A stretch of 64,000 bases of DNA from an uncultured Bacilli bacterium (GCA_950097225.1 CATNCE010000003.1:28493-92492), one strand, 5' to 3'; positions 47,824-57,930 are shown, numbered from the stretch's first letter. Translations and numbers: made by a program. Notes: a model not told the origin generated them from the letters alone.

Positions 47824-48720
47824 CTACTTAATGGGTTTAAATCCTCGGTATGCCAAGTGGATTGTAACTAAGGATGTTAGTGCTAAAATAAGTTCTAAAT
47901 GGCTACCATTAGTCTTAACAAGTATCGCGATGATACAAATCCACATTACACTGATTATTAGGGTAGTATATGGATATTTTATATAAATTAAAATTTTTTT
48001 AGGATCTTTCATTGTTGCATCTCCTTATATATACTTTGAAGCTTTCGCCTTTTTCATAATTGCTTAAAATATCTGACAAAGTAATTTCTTCAATAAACTC
48101 TTGAGCAATTACAAAATCGTTTGATAATTCTTCATACACACGAGGTATTACTACATAAGGATGATTTGAATATATATCGTCAAAATATTTTAAATTATAT
48201 ATTTCTCTTTCATAATCAGTTTCAGTTAAACAAATACTATTAAACTCATCAATTGCCTCATTAAAATCTAAAAACGAAGACGGCATAAAAATACTAACTA
48301 TTCTTACTAAGCGTTTAAGAGTTTTTAAATCGCGTTTTAGATTATGTATACACTGGGTTTTAATGTTTTCAAAGCTAAAACTTTGTATTTTTATTCTCCG
48401 CTTTGTATACTTGTGCGAAAGAGCCAGCAGCGATCGGTTCTTCTGCTATATATTTATAACTTTCATAACCGGGAACAACTTCTTTTATGTTTATATATTC
48501 TCTTTGTGCTTGATTATAAACAGCAAACTCTTTAGTCCCACTCCAACCTTCCATAAATTTATGAGTTATACACAAAACTTGAAGAAATTTATTATAAACT
48601 CCACCTTTAGCTTTTAAAAAGTAAAATAATTCTTTTTTATATAGATTTTCTTTGTCCTTTTTTTAGAAAAATATATGGGGATAAAATGAAATATTAGAGA
48701 TACTAAACTTTTTTTCATTT
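47824..48720 (-). pseudogene. Decayed UbiB/ABC1 (AarF) kinase-family gene: several frameshifts and stops, with the catalytic core deleted
   Basis: Fragments in three frames carry family blocks. They are ..KGGVYNKFLQVL.. (48600-48640), YIAEEPIAAGSFAQVYKAENKN (48375-48575), KVLALKTLKPSVY (my own translation of 48290-48375) and TETDYEREIYNLKYF...VVIPRVYEELSNDFVIAQEFIEE (47999-48286). No HGDPHPGN or DFG region remains. The 62-aa TM ORF (47824-48012) may be the former C-terminal anchor. Confidence 0.65.
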
Positions 48721-48916
48721 CTTTCCACCTATCCCTATTTCAAAAATGATAATAGTTGTAATATGTATCCTGTATAATTTAGTAGATAAATTAACATAGT
48801 TATAGATAGCCGTATCGCGACAATGCTTATTGTTACAAAGGCATAACGCATATTAAAGACCTCGCTTCTTGCTAATATTTTAGTATGAATATTATTTCTT
48901 TGTAAAGAAAAAGTGT

Positions 48917-49216
48917 TTACTTTGTTTCGTAAACACTAACTTTTTTCTTATCTCTTCCACATCTTTCGTATTTAACGACTCCTGTAACAAGAGCAAATAA
49001 TGTATGATCTTTTCCCATTCCAACGTTTTTACCAGGATAAATCTTAGTTCCTCTTTGTCTATAGATAATAGATCCAGCATTGATAACTTGTCCATCAGCA
49101 GCTTTAGCGCCTAGTCTACGTCCTTCACTATCACGACCATTGTGGGTTGAACCTTGTGCTTTAACGTGAGCAAAACGTTGAATATCTAAAGAAATTAAAT
49201 TAAATAATTCTTGCAT
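48917..49216 (-). CDS. rpmA: 50S ribosomal protein L27 with an N-terminal propeptide
   Basis: [54 protein letters not shown] matches L27. The propeptide is [15 protein letters not shown]|A (compare the B. subtilis propeptide MLRLDLQFF|A). Confidence 0.9.
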   Translation of the reverse strand: MQELFNLISLDIQRFAHVKAQGSTHNGRDSEGRRLGAKAADGQVINAGSIIYRQRGTKIYPGKNVGMGKDHTLFALVTGVVKYERCGRDKKKVSVYETK

Positions 49217-49218
49217 GG

Positions 49219-49512
49219 TTATTCCTCGCTTTCAATTTTAATATTTTTAGGATATTTTGAAGATAATTCTTTAAACAAAGATAACATATTGATAATCAGT
49301 ATTTCGGTTTCTTTTGTTTTTTTTAATACTTCTATAGAAACAACAAATTCATTATCTTGGTAGTTAATGCTGTTAGAGTCAAATCTAAGTAATGCATTAA
49401 CGGTTGTGTACATTATCGATGATACACTAGCACAGACAATATCGTCATGATCACGATAATTGGCATGTCCTTTTATAGTTATTAAATTATCTTCTTTTTT
49501 GATAATAATCAT
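49219..49512 (-). CDS. prp: Ribosomal-processing cysteine protease Prp (YsxB)
   Basis: It lies between rplU and rpm[24 protein letters not shown] contains the His and Cys dyad context. Confidence 0.85.
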   Translation of the reverse strand: MIIIKKEDNLITIKGHANYRDHDDIVCASVSSIMYTTVNALLRFDSNSINYQDNEFVVSIEVLKKTKETEILIINMLSLFKELSSKYPKNIKIESEE

Positions 49513-49513
49513 A

Positions 49514-49813
49514 TTAACCTACAATTTTCTTAACAACAAGTTTTGTATATGGTTGTCTATGACCTTTAGTATTACGATATTTCTTTTTTGGTCGATATTT
49601 AAATACTACAATTTTTTTAGCTTTGCCTTGTTTTTCAACAGTACATTCAACTTTAGCTCCCTTAACGTATGGAGTACCAGTTTTATCGCCAACACATAAT
49701 ACTTCATCAAAGCTTATAGTTGCTCCAACTTCAGCATCTAGTTTTTCAACGTAGATAGTATCTCCTTCAGAAACATAGTATTGTTTTCCACCAGTTACGA
49801 ATATTGCTTTCAT
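49514..49813 (-). CDS. rplU: 50S ribosomal protein L21
   Basis: [25 protein letters not shown]...[28 protein letters not shown] matches L21. The start is the ATG at 49811-49813, with AAGGAGG upstream. Confidence 0.9.
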   Translation of the reverse strand: MKAIFVTGGKQYYVSEGDTIYVEKLDAEVGATISFDEVLCVGDKTGTPYVKGAKVECTVEKQGKAKKIVVFKYRPKKKYRNTKGHRQPYTKLVVKKIVG

Positions 49814-49920
49814 TACTATAACCTCCTTATAAATTTTTGAAGACTCGCCTTGAAGGTGTGAAAAATTCATCTTATGACCTTTTTAGTGCGGTTTGTAATG
49901 AATACTTACAAACATGTTAA
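49814..49920 (-). promoter_or_regulatory. 5' leader of rplU-prp-rpmA of about 100 nt, a candidate L21-leader-type autoregulatory RNA
   Basis: The untranslated leader lies between the promoter and the SD and contains a hairpin gtttgtaa...ttacaaac at 49891-49913. Bacillota have a described L21 leader, but I have not aligned this sequence to it. Confidence 0.35.
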
Positions 49921-49949
49921 ATGTTACCAAAAATATGGACTATTGTCAA
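49921..49949 (-). promoter_or_regulatory. Sigma-A promoter of the L21 operon
   Basis: The minus strand reads TTGACA (49944-49949), a 17-nt spacer, then TAACAT (49921-49926). Confidence 0.55.
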
Positions 49950-49954
49950 TGATT

Positions 49955-50671
49955 TTAGCCAAACTTCTTGGTAAAATACTCGCCCTCTTCAAGATATATA
50001 CTATCACATTTGATATAGTTTTTTCTACATTTATATAAATTATTTTCACTATTTATGTATTTTTTATGATAATAGTTAGGTGGGTATAAGTATCTTTCTA
50101 GTTTAAATTTATGAAATATGTATTTAAAATACATAATATTGTGAATATTCATATAGTAAAGGATGGTAAAAATGAAGATGTTTTTAGAGATGATGAAAAG
50201 GATGAAAAGGCAAGCAAAACTGATAATATTGACTATTATCAGAGTATAACGATATTTAATTGTAGTTTCAATTATACTTGTCAATATTTTACTACCATCA
50301 CTAGGAATGATGGGGAGTAGATTAAATACTATAATACTTAAATTCAGTTCCCGAAATATTTGGTAATTGTAGCTTGGGGCTTTAGGGCATACTAAAAGTA
50401 GCAGAATCTGCATCACTATACCAGCTATACTTATCAAGAAGAGTTTGGTTGATGGCAAGTTATAATTGATATTAGTTTTTATTATACCACCAAAAGGATA
50501 AATATGAATACTATCGATATGTAAGCGAAATATTTTAATCATTATGAAATGACCCATTTCATGAAAAAACATGATAATGAGATAGATGATGAGATAATTT
50601 ATATATCCAGACAAAATTAAAAGAAGATAAAAAAGATAAGTAAATATACTTATTTTATAAGAAGTCTTCAT
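49955..50671 (-). CDS. spoIVFB: Site-2 (M50) metalloprotease, SpoIVFB-like
   Basis: The HExxH motif lies in a TM segment (MFFHEMGHFIMIK), and the protein is polytopic. It sits directly upstream of rplU, as spoIVFB does in B. subtilis. Confidence 0.7.
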   Translation of the reverse strand: MKTSYKISIFTYLFYLLLILSGYINYLIIYLIIMFFHEMGHFIMIKIFRLHIDSIHIYPFGGIIKTNINYNLPSTKLFLISIAGIVMQILLLLVCPKAPSYNYQIFRELNLSIIVFNLLPIIPSDGSKILTSIIETTIKYRYTLIIVNIISFACLFILFIISKNIFIFTILYYMNIHNIMYFKYIFHKFKLERYLYPPNYYHKKYINSENNLYKCRKNYIKCDSIYLEEGEYFTKKFG

Positions 50672-51167
50672 AGCTCAAATAGGTATCGTGATTTTTAAAT
50701 TCTAGGTATAATTTATTTGTTATAGTGCTACCAATGATAGTGTCTTTATGGATGTAATCATATAATTTAACATTTATGTTTTCTAAGCCATCGTACACGA
50801 TATTTACTCCTTCATCTGAATTTATGATAATAGATGTCCCAAGATCACTTTTTTTACCAATAAATATTACTACCCCATTTTTAATACTTTTAATGACATA
50901 GTTTTTATCAACTTCTAATAAGTAACCATTATCTTGTTTAGATATATTTTTGTAGTTTATTTTTTCACTAGAAACATATTCGTTTTTTAAACTCTTCCCA
51001 AAAAGAATGCTACTCTTACTGCGGATATATGAAAAATCAATAAAATTATCAAAGAGAAGATGATGAGATATGATTCCTTGATCAATTAAAATGCACAACA
51101 AAAAAAATAAAATGAGTGATGCAAGCATGCGCTTTAAGAAATTTTTAACTTGATTTAATTTTTCCAT
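50655..51167 (-). CDS. spoIVFA: Membrane-anchored degenerate M23/LytM-domain protein, SpoIVFA-like by position
   Basis: A TM segment (LASLILFFLLCILI) is followed by a LytM-like C-terminus (GVVIFIGKKSDLGTSIIINSDEGVNIVYDGLENINVKLYDYIHKDTIIG) that lacks obvious metal ligands. The start is the ATG at 51165-51167. Confidence 0.5.
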   Translation of the reverse strand: MEKLNQVKNFLKRMLASLILFFLLCILIDQGIISHHLLFDNFIDFSYIRSKSSILFGKSLKNEYVSSEKINYKNISKQDNGYLLEVDKNYVIKSIKNGVVIFIGKKSDLGTSIIINSDEGVNIVYDGLENINVKLYDYIHKDTIIGSTITNKLYLEFKNHDTYLSYEDFL

Positions 51168-51510
51168 GTCCTCTCCTACTACTAACATGATATTTAGTTA
51201 ATTTTAAAATTATAACTAAAAAGATATTGAGAACAAAGAAGATGTCAATCTTATATAGGATATAATAAAAGCAAGCATAAAGGGCAAGTTCGAATACAAA
51301 TGAACGATTAATATATTTAAATATTAAGATATTAATGGTGTACATGATGGAGAGAATAATAATTAGGTTGATGTTTTCACTTAATAGAAATAAGATGAGT
51401 GATGAAGTAATATACTTTTTTAAATTCAAATGATTAAGAGCATATAGATATGTATTGATATTAAAACCAGTTATGCTATGGGTAAAAAAATCAATGAGAA
51501 TATATTCCAT
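51145..51510 (-). CDS. mreD: Rod-shape protein MreD (called by position and topology)
   Basis: A 121-aa polytopic ORF immediately after mreC. Confidence 0.5.
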   Translation of the reverse strand: MEYILIDFFTHSITGFNINTYLYALNHLNLKKYITSSLILFLLSENINLIIILSIMYTINILIFKYINRSFVFELALYACFYYILYKIDIFFVLNIFLVIILKLTKYHVSSRRGHGKIKSS

Positions 51511-51512
51511 AT

Positions 51513-52160
51513 TTAACTCACTACATATAAGTAATTGATGTTATCAAAATCAACATTACTTTTAATATAAATAGTTTTACTAATATCGTGCTCGTCTATT
51601 TTGGCAACTGTGCCAATGAATACAAGTTCGGTTACATCCCCTATTTTAGCAGTATATACTTTATCATTTAAATTAATATTATCATAATTTGAAAAGTCAC
51701 TAGCAATAAAGTAGTCGTTTTGATATTTACTAATTGTCCCAAATGCATCACCTATTTTAATACTTAGATTATTGATGTTTGGAAGCATTGTGCATTCGGA
51801 ATAATCTTTTTTTATATCCTTTATGATACCTACTAATCCATCCTGATTTACAAGTAAGTCATTTACTTGGTAAGAAGAGCCTGTGATATAAAAATCATAG
51901 CCACTATAAGGTATTCGATAGCTAAGTTTAGTTAATGGGTAGACATTGTTGATAGTTTCATTTAATTTAGTTACCTCATTTAAGCTATTTAGAAGTTCTT
52001 TATTTTTCTCTTTTAAGAGATTTATTTCAGTTTGATAGTTATTACTTGGTTTAGTAAGAAGAGAGTTAATATTAGAAGTAAAAGACACTAGCACTCCTTT
52101 ATATAAAAGAAGTAATAGTATGACTAAGTATACAATATTATTTTTTATAAAATTTGTCAT
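51513..52160 (-). CDS. mreC: Rod-shape protein MreC
   Basis: It has an N-terminal TM segment, a coiled coil (LLKEKNKELLNSLNE) and a beta-rich C-terminus (GLVGIIKDI...). It lies between radC and mreD. Confidence 0.75.
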   Translation of the reverse strand: MTNFIKNNIVYLVILLLLLYKGVLVSFTSNINSLLTKPSNNYQTEINLLKEKNKELLNSLNEVTKLNETINNVYPLTKLSYRIPYSGYDFYITGSSYQVNDLLVNQDGLVGIIKDIKKDYSECTMLPNINNLSIKIGDAFGTISKYQNDYFIASDFSNYDNINLNDKVYTAKIGDVTELVFIGTVAKIDEHDISKTIYIKSNVDFDNINYLYVVS

Positions 52161-52821
52161 AGAAACTATAGTAATCCTTTCCGTTAGTTATTAGATGATC
52201 AAGAAGTGGTATGCCGATTATGTCCCCGCATTCTTTGATTTTATTAGTAGTAGCAATATCGTCTTTACTAGGGCTTACATCACCTGTTGGATGATTATGC
52301 ATGATAATTAAGGAGCTTGCATGTACTTTGATAGCTTCATTATAGATTTCACGAGGATGAACTATGCTGCGATCGATCGTACCAATAAAGATAAATTTGT
52401 AGGCTATTAACCTTTTTTTAGTATCAAGGAAAATTGCGAGTAATTTTTCTTGAGTTGCACCTAGGAAAAGAGGTGCAAATGTCTCATTGATGGAGGTGGC
52501 ATTATTTAATTGCATATTGATTTCAATTTCTTTATTGAATACTCGCTTTCCTAGTTCGATTGCAGCTAAAAGACTAATAGCTTTAACCGATCCTACACCT
52601 TTAATATTAGATAACTCACGAATACCTATATCACTTAAACTATTAATATTGGCAACAGAATTTAAAATATTAGTAGCAACATCTTTGACATTGGCATCCT
52701 TAGTCCCTGTACGTATGATTATACTTATTAAATCGACATCGCTTAAATTTTCTACGCCATATTTAAGCATTCGTTCGCGTGGTTGACTATTTGCAGGCAA
52801 ATCTTTAACTTTCATGAGCAT
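52138..52821 (-). CDS. radC: RadC-family (JAB domain) protein
   Basis: PRERMLKYGVENLSDVDLISIIIRTG matches the RadC N-terminus, and the JAMM-like motif HNHPTGDVSPSKDD is present. Confidence 0.9.
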   Translation of the reverse strand: MLMKVKDLPANSQPRERMLKYGVENLSDVDLISIIIRTGTKDANVKDVATNILNSVANINSLSDIGIRELSNIKGVGSVKAISLLAAIELGKRVFNKEIEINMQLNNATSINETFAPLFLGATQEKLLAIFLDTKKRLIAYKFIFIGTIDRSIVHPREIYNEAIKVHASSLIIMHNHPTGDVSPSKDDIATTNKIKECGDIIGIPLLDHLITNGKDYYSFYDKFYKK

Positions 52822-53248
52822 TATTATACCCTTCTAATATTTTTTTATTTAATTGGTTGAAGGCAACAATTGAGGTAGAAGTCTTCATAAGGTCTTCGTA
52901 TTTGTTTAGAGTGTCTTTAAAATTATCAGGAATATCAATAGTTTTAATATAATAATAAACGTGTAAATCATCAAGATAATTTGTCATTTTTTCAATATTA
53001 TTATCATTGTTTAAAATCGATACATAGACATGATAATTATCATTATCAGCAACTACTATTCCCTTTTTTAAGCCAGCTTCTCTTGATGCCTCTTCAAAAT
53101 CACTATATGTTCCAGTCTGAAATGCTTTAGCAATATTTCCCTCTTTTAAAACTGGTACAACGTCCTCTTCACCAGAGACGTTTAGAAAAAGTGTTCCAAC
53201 GACTAGGGAGGCCATGATTGATATACATAAGTAAATAGTTCTTTTCAT
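52805..53248 (-). CDS. Small secreted or anchored protein, possibly SPOR-like
   Basis: It has a signal or anchor (IYLCISIMASLVVGTLFL) and a segment QTGTYSDFEEASREAGLKKGIVVADNDNYHVYVSIL reminiscent of a SPOR repeat. Confidence 0.4.
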   Translation of the reverse strand: MKRTIYLCISIMASLVVGTLFLNVSGEEDVVPVLKEGNIAKAFQTGTYSDFEEASREAGLKKGIVVADNDNYHVYVSILNNDNNIEKMTNYLDDLHVYYYIKTIDIPDNFKDTLNKYEDLMKTSTSIVAFNQLNKKILEGYNNAHES

Positions 53249-53411
53249 TTAATCACCATAGACATTGTAAGTGACTTGGCTTGCGTATTTTGTCGAACGA
53301 TGTTGGCTCGATAATATTCGGCAAAAATTTTACATAAAAATGTGCTTTTATCTTCCCTCTACTCTATATATACCCGAGTAACTTTCATTTTACTTTAAAA
53401 ATAATGATACA

Positions 53412-53438
53412 AATAAAAAAAGATCAGTTATGATCTTC
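53412..53438 (-). terminator. Terminator after mutS
   Basis: The hairpin is agatca-gtta-tgatct, with A7 before it on the plus strand. Confidence 0.6.
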
Positions 53439-53454
53439 TAAATCGAGTTTAGCA

Positions 53455-55998
53455 TTAGTGCTTCTTAGATAGCTCTTTTATTTCAAATAGAATATCCATA
53501 GCTTCTTTGGGAGTAGTATTCATAGGATCTAGCTTAGAAATAAATTCTCTTAGTTCGTCATTTTGAGGTGAATCAAGGTTGAATGTTATCTGTTCAATCA
53601 AACCATCTTGTTTCTTGTTATGACTCTGGCTTTCATAATAAGCAAGAAATTCATCGGCTTTAGCTAATAATTCTTCTGGAAGTCCTGCTAAGCGGGCTAC
53701 ATGAATACCATATGACTTAGAAACTGATCCTGGTAACACTTTATGAAGGAATGTAATTTTTCCATTATCATTAGTAGCATCAACGTGAACGTTTTTAATA
53801 GATTTATATTTTTCTTCTAAATCAGTTAATTCATGATAGTGCGTGGAAAATAAGGTTTTAGCTCCGATACGAGTGTTAACATATTCTAAAATAGCTCGTG
53901 CTAGACTCATCCCATCAAATGTCGATGTTCCTCTTCCGAGTTCGTCAAACAAGATAAGTGAATCTTTAGTGGCGTTGCAAATAGCGTTTTTAGCCTCGAG
54001 CATCTCAACCATAAAAGTAGATTCCCCACTGACTAAATCATCAGAAGCCCCAATACGCGTATAAATATGATCAAACACTGGCAATGATCCGCTTGAGGCC
54101 GGAATAAATGATCCCATCTGAGCAAGAATAACAGTTATTGCAAGTTGACGCATATAGGTCGATTTACCAGACATATTTGGTCCTGTTATTAAAAGGGTGC
54201 TTGTATCAGAATCCATGACAATATCGTTTTTGATATATTTATTTCCAGACACCTCTTCAACTACTGGGTGAAATCCGTCAATAATATTGATTTGCGCATT
54301 TGTATTTAAAGTAGGACGAATTAGATGATGCTCTTCAGAAACAACAGATAAGCTAGCTAGGCAATCAATTTCTGCAATTGATGCAGCTGTCTCTTTTAAT
54401 TTAAAGATATTTTGTTTAATTATCTCTCGAACTTCAGTGAATAGATTATATTCAAGTTCAATAATTTTCTCTTCGGCATTGAGAATTAGTTCCTCTTTTT
54501 CTTTTAATTCCGGAGTTATAAAGCGCTCAGCTCCCGTAAGAGTTTGTCTTCTTTCCCAACCAAATGATGGATCTATCTTGTCGATTTGTCCTTTGGTAAC
54601 TTCAATATAATAACCAAACACTTTGTTAAAACCGACTTTAAGGTTACTAATTCCCGTTTTTTGGCGTTCTTCTTCTTCAATGCGCGAAATAAATTCTTTT
54701 CCCCCGCTGCGAATGCTTTTTAATTCATCAAGTTCACTGTTGTAACCTTTTTTTATGATATTGCCCTCTTTTATAGAGATTGGCGGTTCTGGTGCAATGG
54801 CACTATCAAGTAGATCGTATAAATCTTTATGTTCATCTAAGGAAATTTCATAGTTAAGTTTTAAAAGAACTTCATTAATGCTTGGTAAAACACCTAATGA
54901 GTTTTTTATTTGTAAAACATCTCGGCCATTTAACGAGCCACATATAACTTTTCCACATAGACGTTCTAAATCGTATACTTCGTATAAGTAATTGCGCAAT
55001 TCTTCTCTACATAGGAAATTTTTATTTAATAAATCAATATAATCGTAGCGTTTTTCAATTTCTGCTTTATCCTTTAGAGGATGCATCAACCAATTTTTAA
55101 GACAACGGGCTCCAGGAGCAGTTTTAGTTTTATCAAGTAGCCATATTAGAGAATATTTTCGTTCTTTTAGGCGCAGAGTCTCAACTAGTTCAAGATTGCG
55201 AATAGTATGGACATCCATCTCTAAATAGTTATCTTTTTTTAATAATTTAACTTGGGATAAGTGAGATAAATCCTTAAGCTCTTTAATGTGTAGATAATAT
55301 AAAAGTCCTTTAATGGCATGGATAATGCGTTCATCTTCTTCTTCATCATATACGTGAGTAAATTTTCCCTCTAATAGTTCATCACATATATTAATACTTA
55401 TACTATATTTGTTTTTTAAGATATTAATTAACTCAACTGAGAAGTCACTTCTAATAATAAGTTCTTTTAAGTTTAAATTAAGTATCTCATTTAGAAGAGC
55501 ATCGTTATTGTGATTTAAATAAATTGCATTTAACTCTCCTGTTGAGATATCGGTATAGATAAGTAAGTAGCAATGTTTAAAGTCTAGGCAATAACCAATA
55601 TAGTTAAACTCTCTTTCGTTTAAGAATTCTAAATCAACTAATGTTCCTTTTGTAATAACTTCTATAACATCACGATGCACCATGGTTTTGGTAGTTTTTG
55701 GATCATCTAATTGTTCACATATAGCCACTTTATATCCTAAATTAACGAGCTTTTCGATATAACTCTTAGCTGAATGATGCGGTATTCCACACATAGGAAC
55801 CCGCTCTTTTAAACCAGCGTTCTTGCCAGTTAAAGTTAATTCTAGCTCATGACTTGCTAAATCAGCATCATCAAAGAATAGCTCATAAAAATCCCCTAAA
55901 CGGAAAAATAGCAATTCTTCCTGGTAACGCATTTTAATGTCGTAGTATTGTTGCATCATTGGAGATAACTCATCTCGTCTAACTTCACAAAGTTTCAT
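53455..55998 (-). CDS. mutS: DNA mismatch repair protein MutS
   Basis: TPMMQQYYDIK, FYELFFDDA, Walker A GPNMSGKST, DELGRGTSTFDG and STHYHEL match MutS. No mutL gene follows. Confidence 0.95.
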   Translation of the reverse strand: MKLCEVRRDELSPMMQQYYDIKMRYQEELLFFRLGDFYELFFDDADLASHELELTLTGKNAGLKERVPMCGIPHHSAKSYIEKLVNLGYKVAICEQLDDPKTTKTMVHRDVIEVITKGTLVDLEFLNEREFNYIGYCLDFKHCYLLIYTDISTGELNAIYLNHNNDALLNEILNLNLKELIIRSDFSVELINILKNKYSISINICDELLEGKFTHVYDEEEDERIIHAIKGLLYYLHIKELKDLSHLSQVKLLKKDNYLEMDVHTIRNLELVETLRLKERKYSLIWLLDKTKTAPGARCLKNWLMHPLKDKAEIEKRYDYIDLLNKNFLCREELRNYLYEVYDLERLCGKVICGSLNGRDVLQIKNSLGVLPSINEVLLKLNYEISLDEHKDLYDLLDSAIAPEPPISIKEGNIIKKGYNSELDELKSIRSGGKEFISRIEEEERQKTGISNLKVGFNKVFGYYIEVTKGQIDKIDPSFGWERRQTLTGAERFITPELKEKEELILNAEEKIIELEYNLFTEVREIIKQNIFKLKETAASIAEIDCLASLSVVSEEHHLIRPTLNTNAQINIIDGFHPVVEEVSGNKYIKNDIVMDSDTSTLLITGPNMSGKSTYMRQLAITVILAQMGSFIPASSGSLPVFDHIYTRIGASDDLVSGESTFMVEMLEAKNAICNATKDSLILFDELGRGTSTFDGMSLARAILEYVNTRIGAKTLFSTHYHELTDLEEKYKSIKNVHVDATNDNGKITFLHKVLPGSVSKSYGIHVARLAGLPEELLAKADEFLAYYESQSHNKKQDGLIEQITFNLDSPQNDELREFISKLDPMNTTPKEAMDILFEIKELSKKH

Positions 55999-56053
55999 AT
56001 TATCACCTGTATTTCTTATTATATAAAATTATCATGATTAAAAAAAGTCCAAA

Positions 56054-57058
56054 TTAGTTGTTTTCTAAATAAAGTAGGACATCATTAAATGTCGTTGCTT
56101 TAACAATTTCAATGTCGTAGTGATATTTCTCTTTTAGTTTAACAGCTTCTTCGTAGTTTTCATCAGGGGCAATAAATATGTCACTTTTCTTTTTTACAGC
56201 TCCGGATAATTTATATTTCACACCACCAATTGGCCCAACTTTTCCGTCAATGCTAATGGTGCCTGTTCCACTTATTTTGCGGCCGTTAGTTATATCTTTT
56301 TCTGTTAAGGCATTGTAGATAGCTAGCGATAACATTAAGCCGCCTGATGCCCCTGATTCTGATTGCTTTAGAGTATAATTTATATCAGGTTGTTTTTCAT
56401 ATTCATTAATAGCAACAAGACCAATAAACATCTTTTTCTCGCCATTATAATTACTAATTTTGGCAGTCGCCTCTTGTTCTTTTCCATCGCGTAAGATTGT
56501 TAAATTGATATATGTATCCACTTTAGAAGAAGCAATAATATTAGCAATACTATCAAAAGAAGTAATATCTTGATCATTTATTTTGATTATTTCATCCCCT
56601 ACTTTAAGGGTCGTATCAGCCATATCGTAAATATCGACAACATACTGATGAGCTTGTCTTATGGTTATGTTTTTATTCGCGTGAGTATAGGCAACAAAGT
56701 AAGCATTACTAACACTTTGATATAGTTGTAATCGTTCACGACGAATTGAATCTTCCAATGTTTCATTATCATAAGTTATATCTTCATTTTTAACGATGTC
56801 CCACTCAGGCATAATAGCGCCTAAAATTAGACTGGGTATTTTCCCTTCAATAAAGGTAACGTATGTTAAGTTAAACGAACCTTCTACATCATATTTATCT
56901 CCAGTTAAACGTGAATCGATGTTGATTAAACCGCCCGGTGTGTAAACTGACCAAGGAAGTCTCGCATTAAGAATGAAAAACAAAACAATAACAAAAAGAA
57001 AAAAACTCAAATTTTCTTTAATATATTTGCCAATTTTTTTATATAATTTATTATCCAT
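56054..57058 (-). CDS. ylbL: YlbL/SepM-type PDZ plus Lon-like (S16) serine protease
   Basis: An N-terminal TM segment and a PDZ-like region (LKVGDEIIKINDQDI) are followed by a Lon-protease-like C-terminus (SGASGGLMLSLAIYNALT...GTGTISIDGKVGPIGGVKYK). Confidence 0.8.
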   Translation of the reverse strand: MDNKLYKKIGKYIKENLSFFLFVIVLFFILNARLPWSVYTPGGLINIDSRLTGDKYDVEGSFNLTYVTFIEGKIPSLILGAIMPEWDIVKNEDITYDNETLEDSIRRERLQLYQSVSNAYFVAYTHANKNITIRQAHQYVVDIYDMADTTLKVGDEIIKINDQDITSFDSIANIIASSKVDTYINLTILRDGKEQEATAKISNYNGEKKMFIGLVAINEYEKQPDINYTLKQSESGASGGLMLSLAIYNALTEKDITNGRKISGTGTISIDGKVGPIGGVKYKLSGAVKKKSDIFIAPDENYEEAVKLKEKYHYDIEIVKATTFNDVLLYLENN

Positions 57059-57099
57059 TAAGCATCACAAAATGATTATATCATTAGAATAGGAAATTT

Positions 57100-57930
57100 A
57101 TGAGAAATTTTTTTATATTTTTGACTTTTTTTATGTTTATCGTGCGCAAAGAACAGGTTATTATTGGTGCTTCGACGGCTTTAAGTGTTTGGGCAAAAAG
57201 CATATTTCCTATACTATTTCCGACATTTATTGTTGCCGATTTATTACAGACTAATCAGCTACTTTTTAAAATATGCTATAAGTTAGGAGTTATTTTTAAG
57301 AAGTTATTTAAAACGAGTTCTTACGCTTTATACATATTTGTAATAAGTATGTTTTGTGGAACCCCCACTAATGCAAAGTGTTTAAAAAATTTATATGACA
57401 AAGGTCTGATTGAAGAAAAAACCATTTCCAAGATTTTAACATTTACGTTTTTCTTTAATCCCTTCTTTGTGCTATCATTTACCAATATCAAAGTTTTATT
57501 AATTCTATGGATTAGTAATATTCTTACAGGTATTATCTTAAGAAATAAGTACTCATCAGTTTATGATGTCAAAGATATCCCTAGGGCTAAGTTTAATTTA
57601 AATGCCTCAATTACTAATAATTTGCAAATAGTTATCAATATACTAGGAACTATAGCTGTATTTATGATTATCAGCTATGCTATTCCCTTTGTTAATCCTT
57701 TAGTTAATGCACTGGCAACGTCTTTTTTAGAGGTGTCTACGGCCTTATTTAAGATAAATATGTATTATAATTATGATTATTTTTATTTGATTGCCCTTAG
57801 TTTAGGAGGACTAAGTATTATCATGCAAATAAAAAGTATCATGAAAGATACTTTTATTGATTATAAATTAATTATGATATCGCGCATTTTAACTCTAGTA
57901 ATTAGTTTAATTATATGTTTTTTGACATAG
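57100..57930 (+). CDS. ylbJ: YlbJ-like nucleoside-recognition (Gate) domain membrane protein, shorter than B. subtilis YlbJ
   Basis: GASTALSVWAKSIFPILFPTFIVADLL matches the YlbJ N-terminal block, and the protein is polytopic. It is convergent with the pseudopilin operon and overlaps it by 24 nt. Confidence 0.55.
   Translation: MRNFFIFLTFFMFIVRKEQVIIGASTALSVWAKSIFPILFPTFIVADLLQTNQLLFKICYKLGVIFKKLFKTSSYALYIFVISMFCGTPTNAKCLKNLYDKGLIEEKTISKILTFTFFFNPFFVLSFTNIKVLLILWISNILTGIILRNKYSSVYDVKDIPRAKFNLNASITNNLQIVINILGTIAVFMIISYAIPFVNPLVNALATSFLEVSTALFKINMYYNYDYFYLIALSLGGLSIIMQIKSIMKDTFIDYKLIMISRILTLVISLIICFLT

Noticed and set aside
48892-49095. 67-aa minus-strand ORF overlapping rpmA.
   Set aside because: It is an alternative frame of the clearly conserved L27 gene, with no independent start signals.
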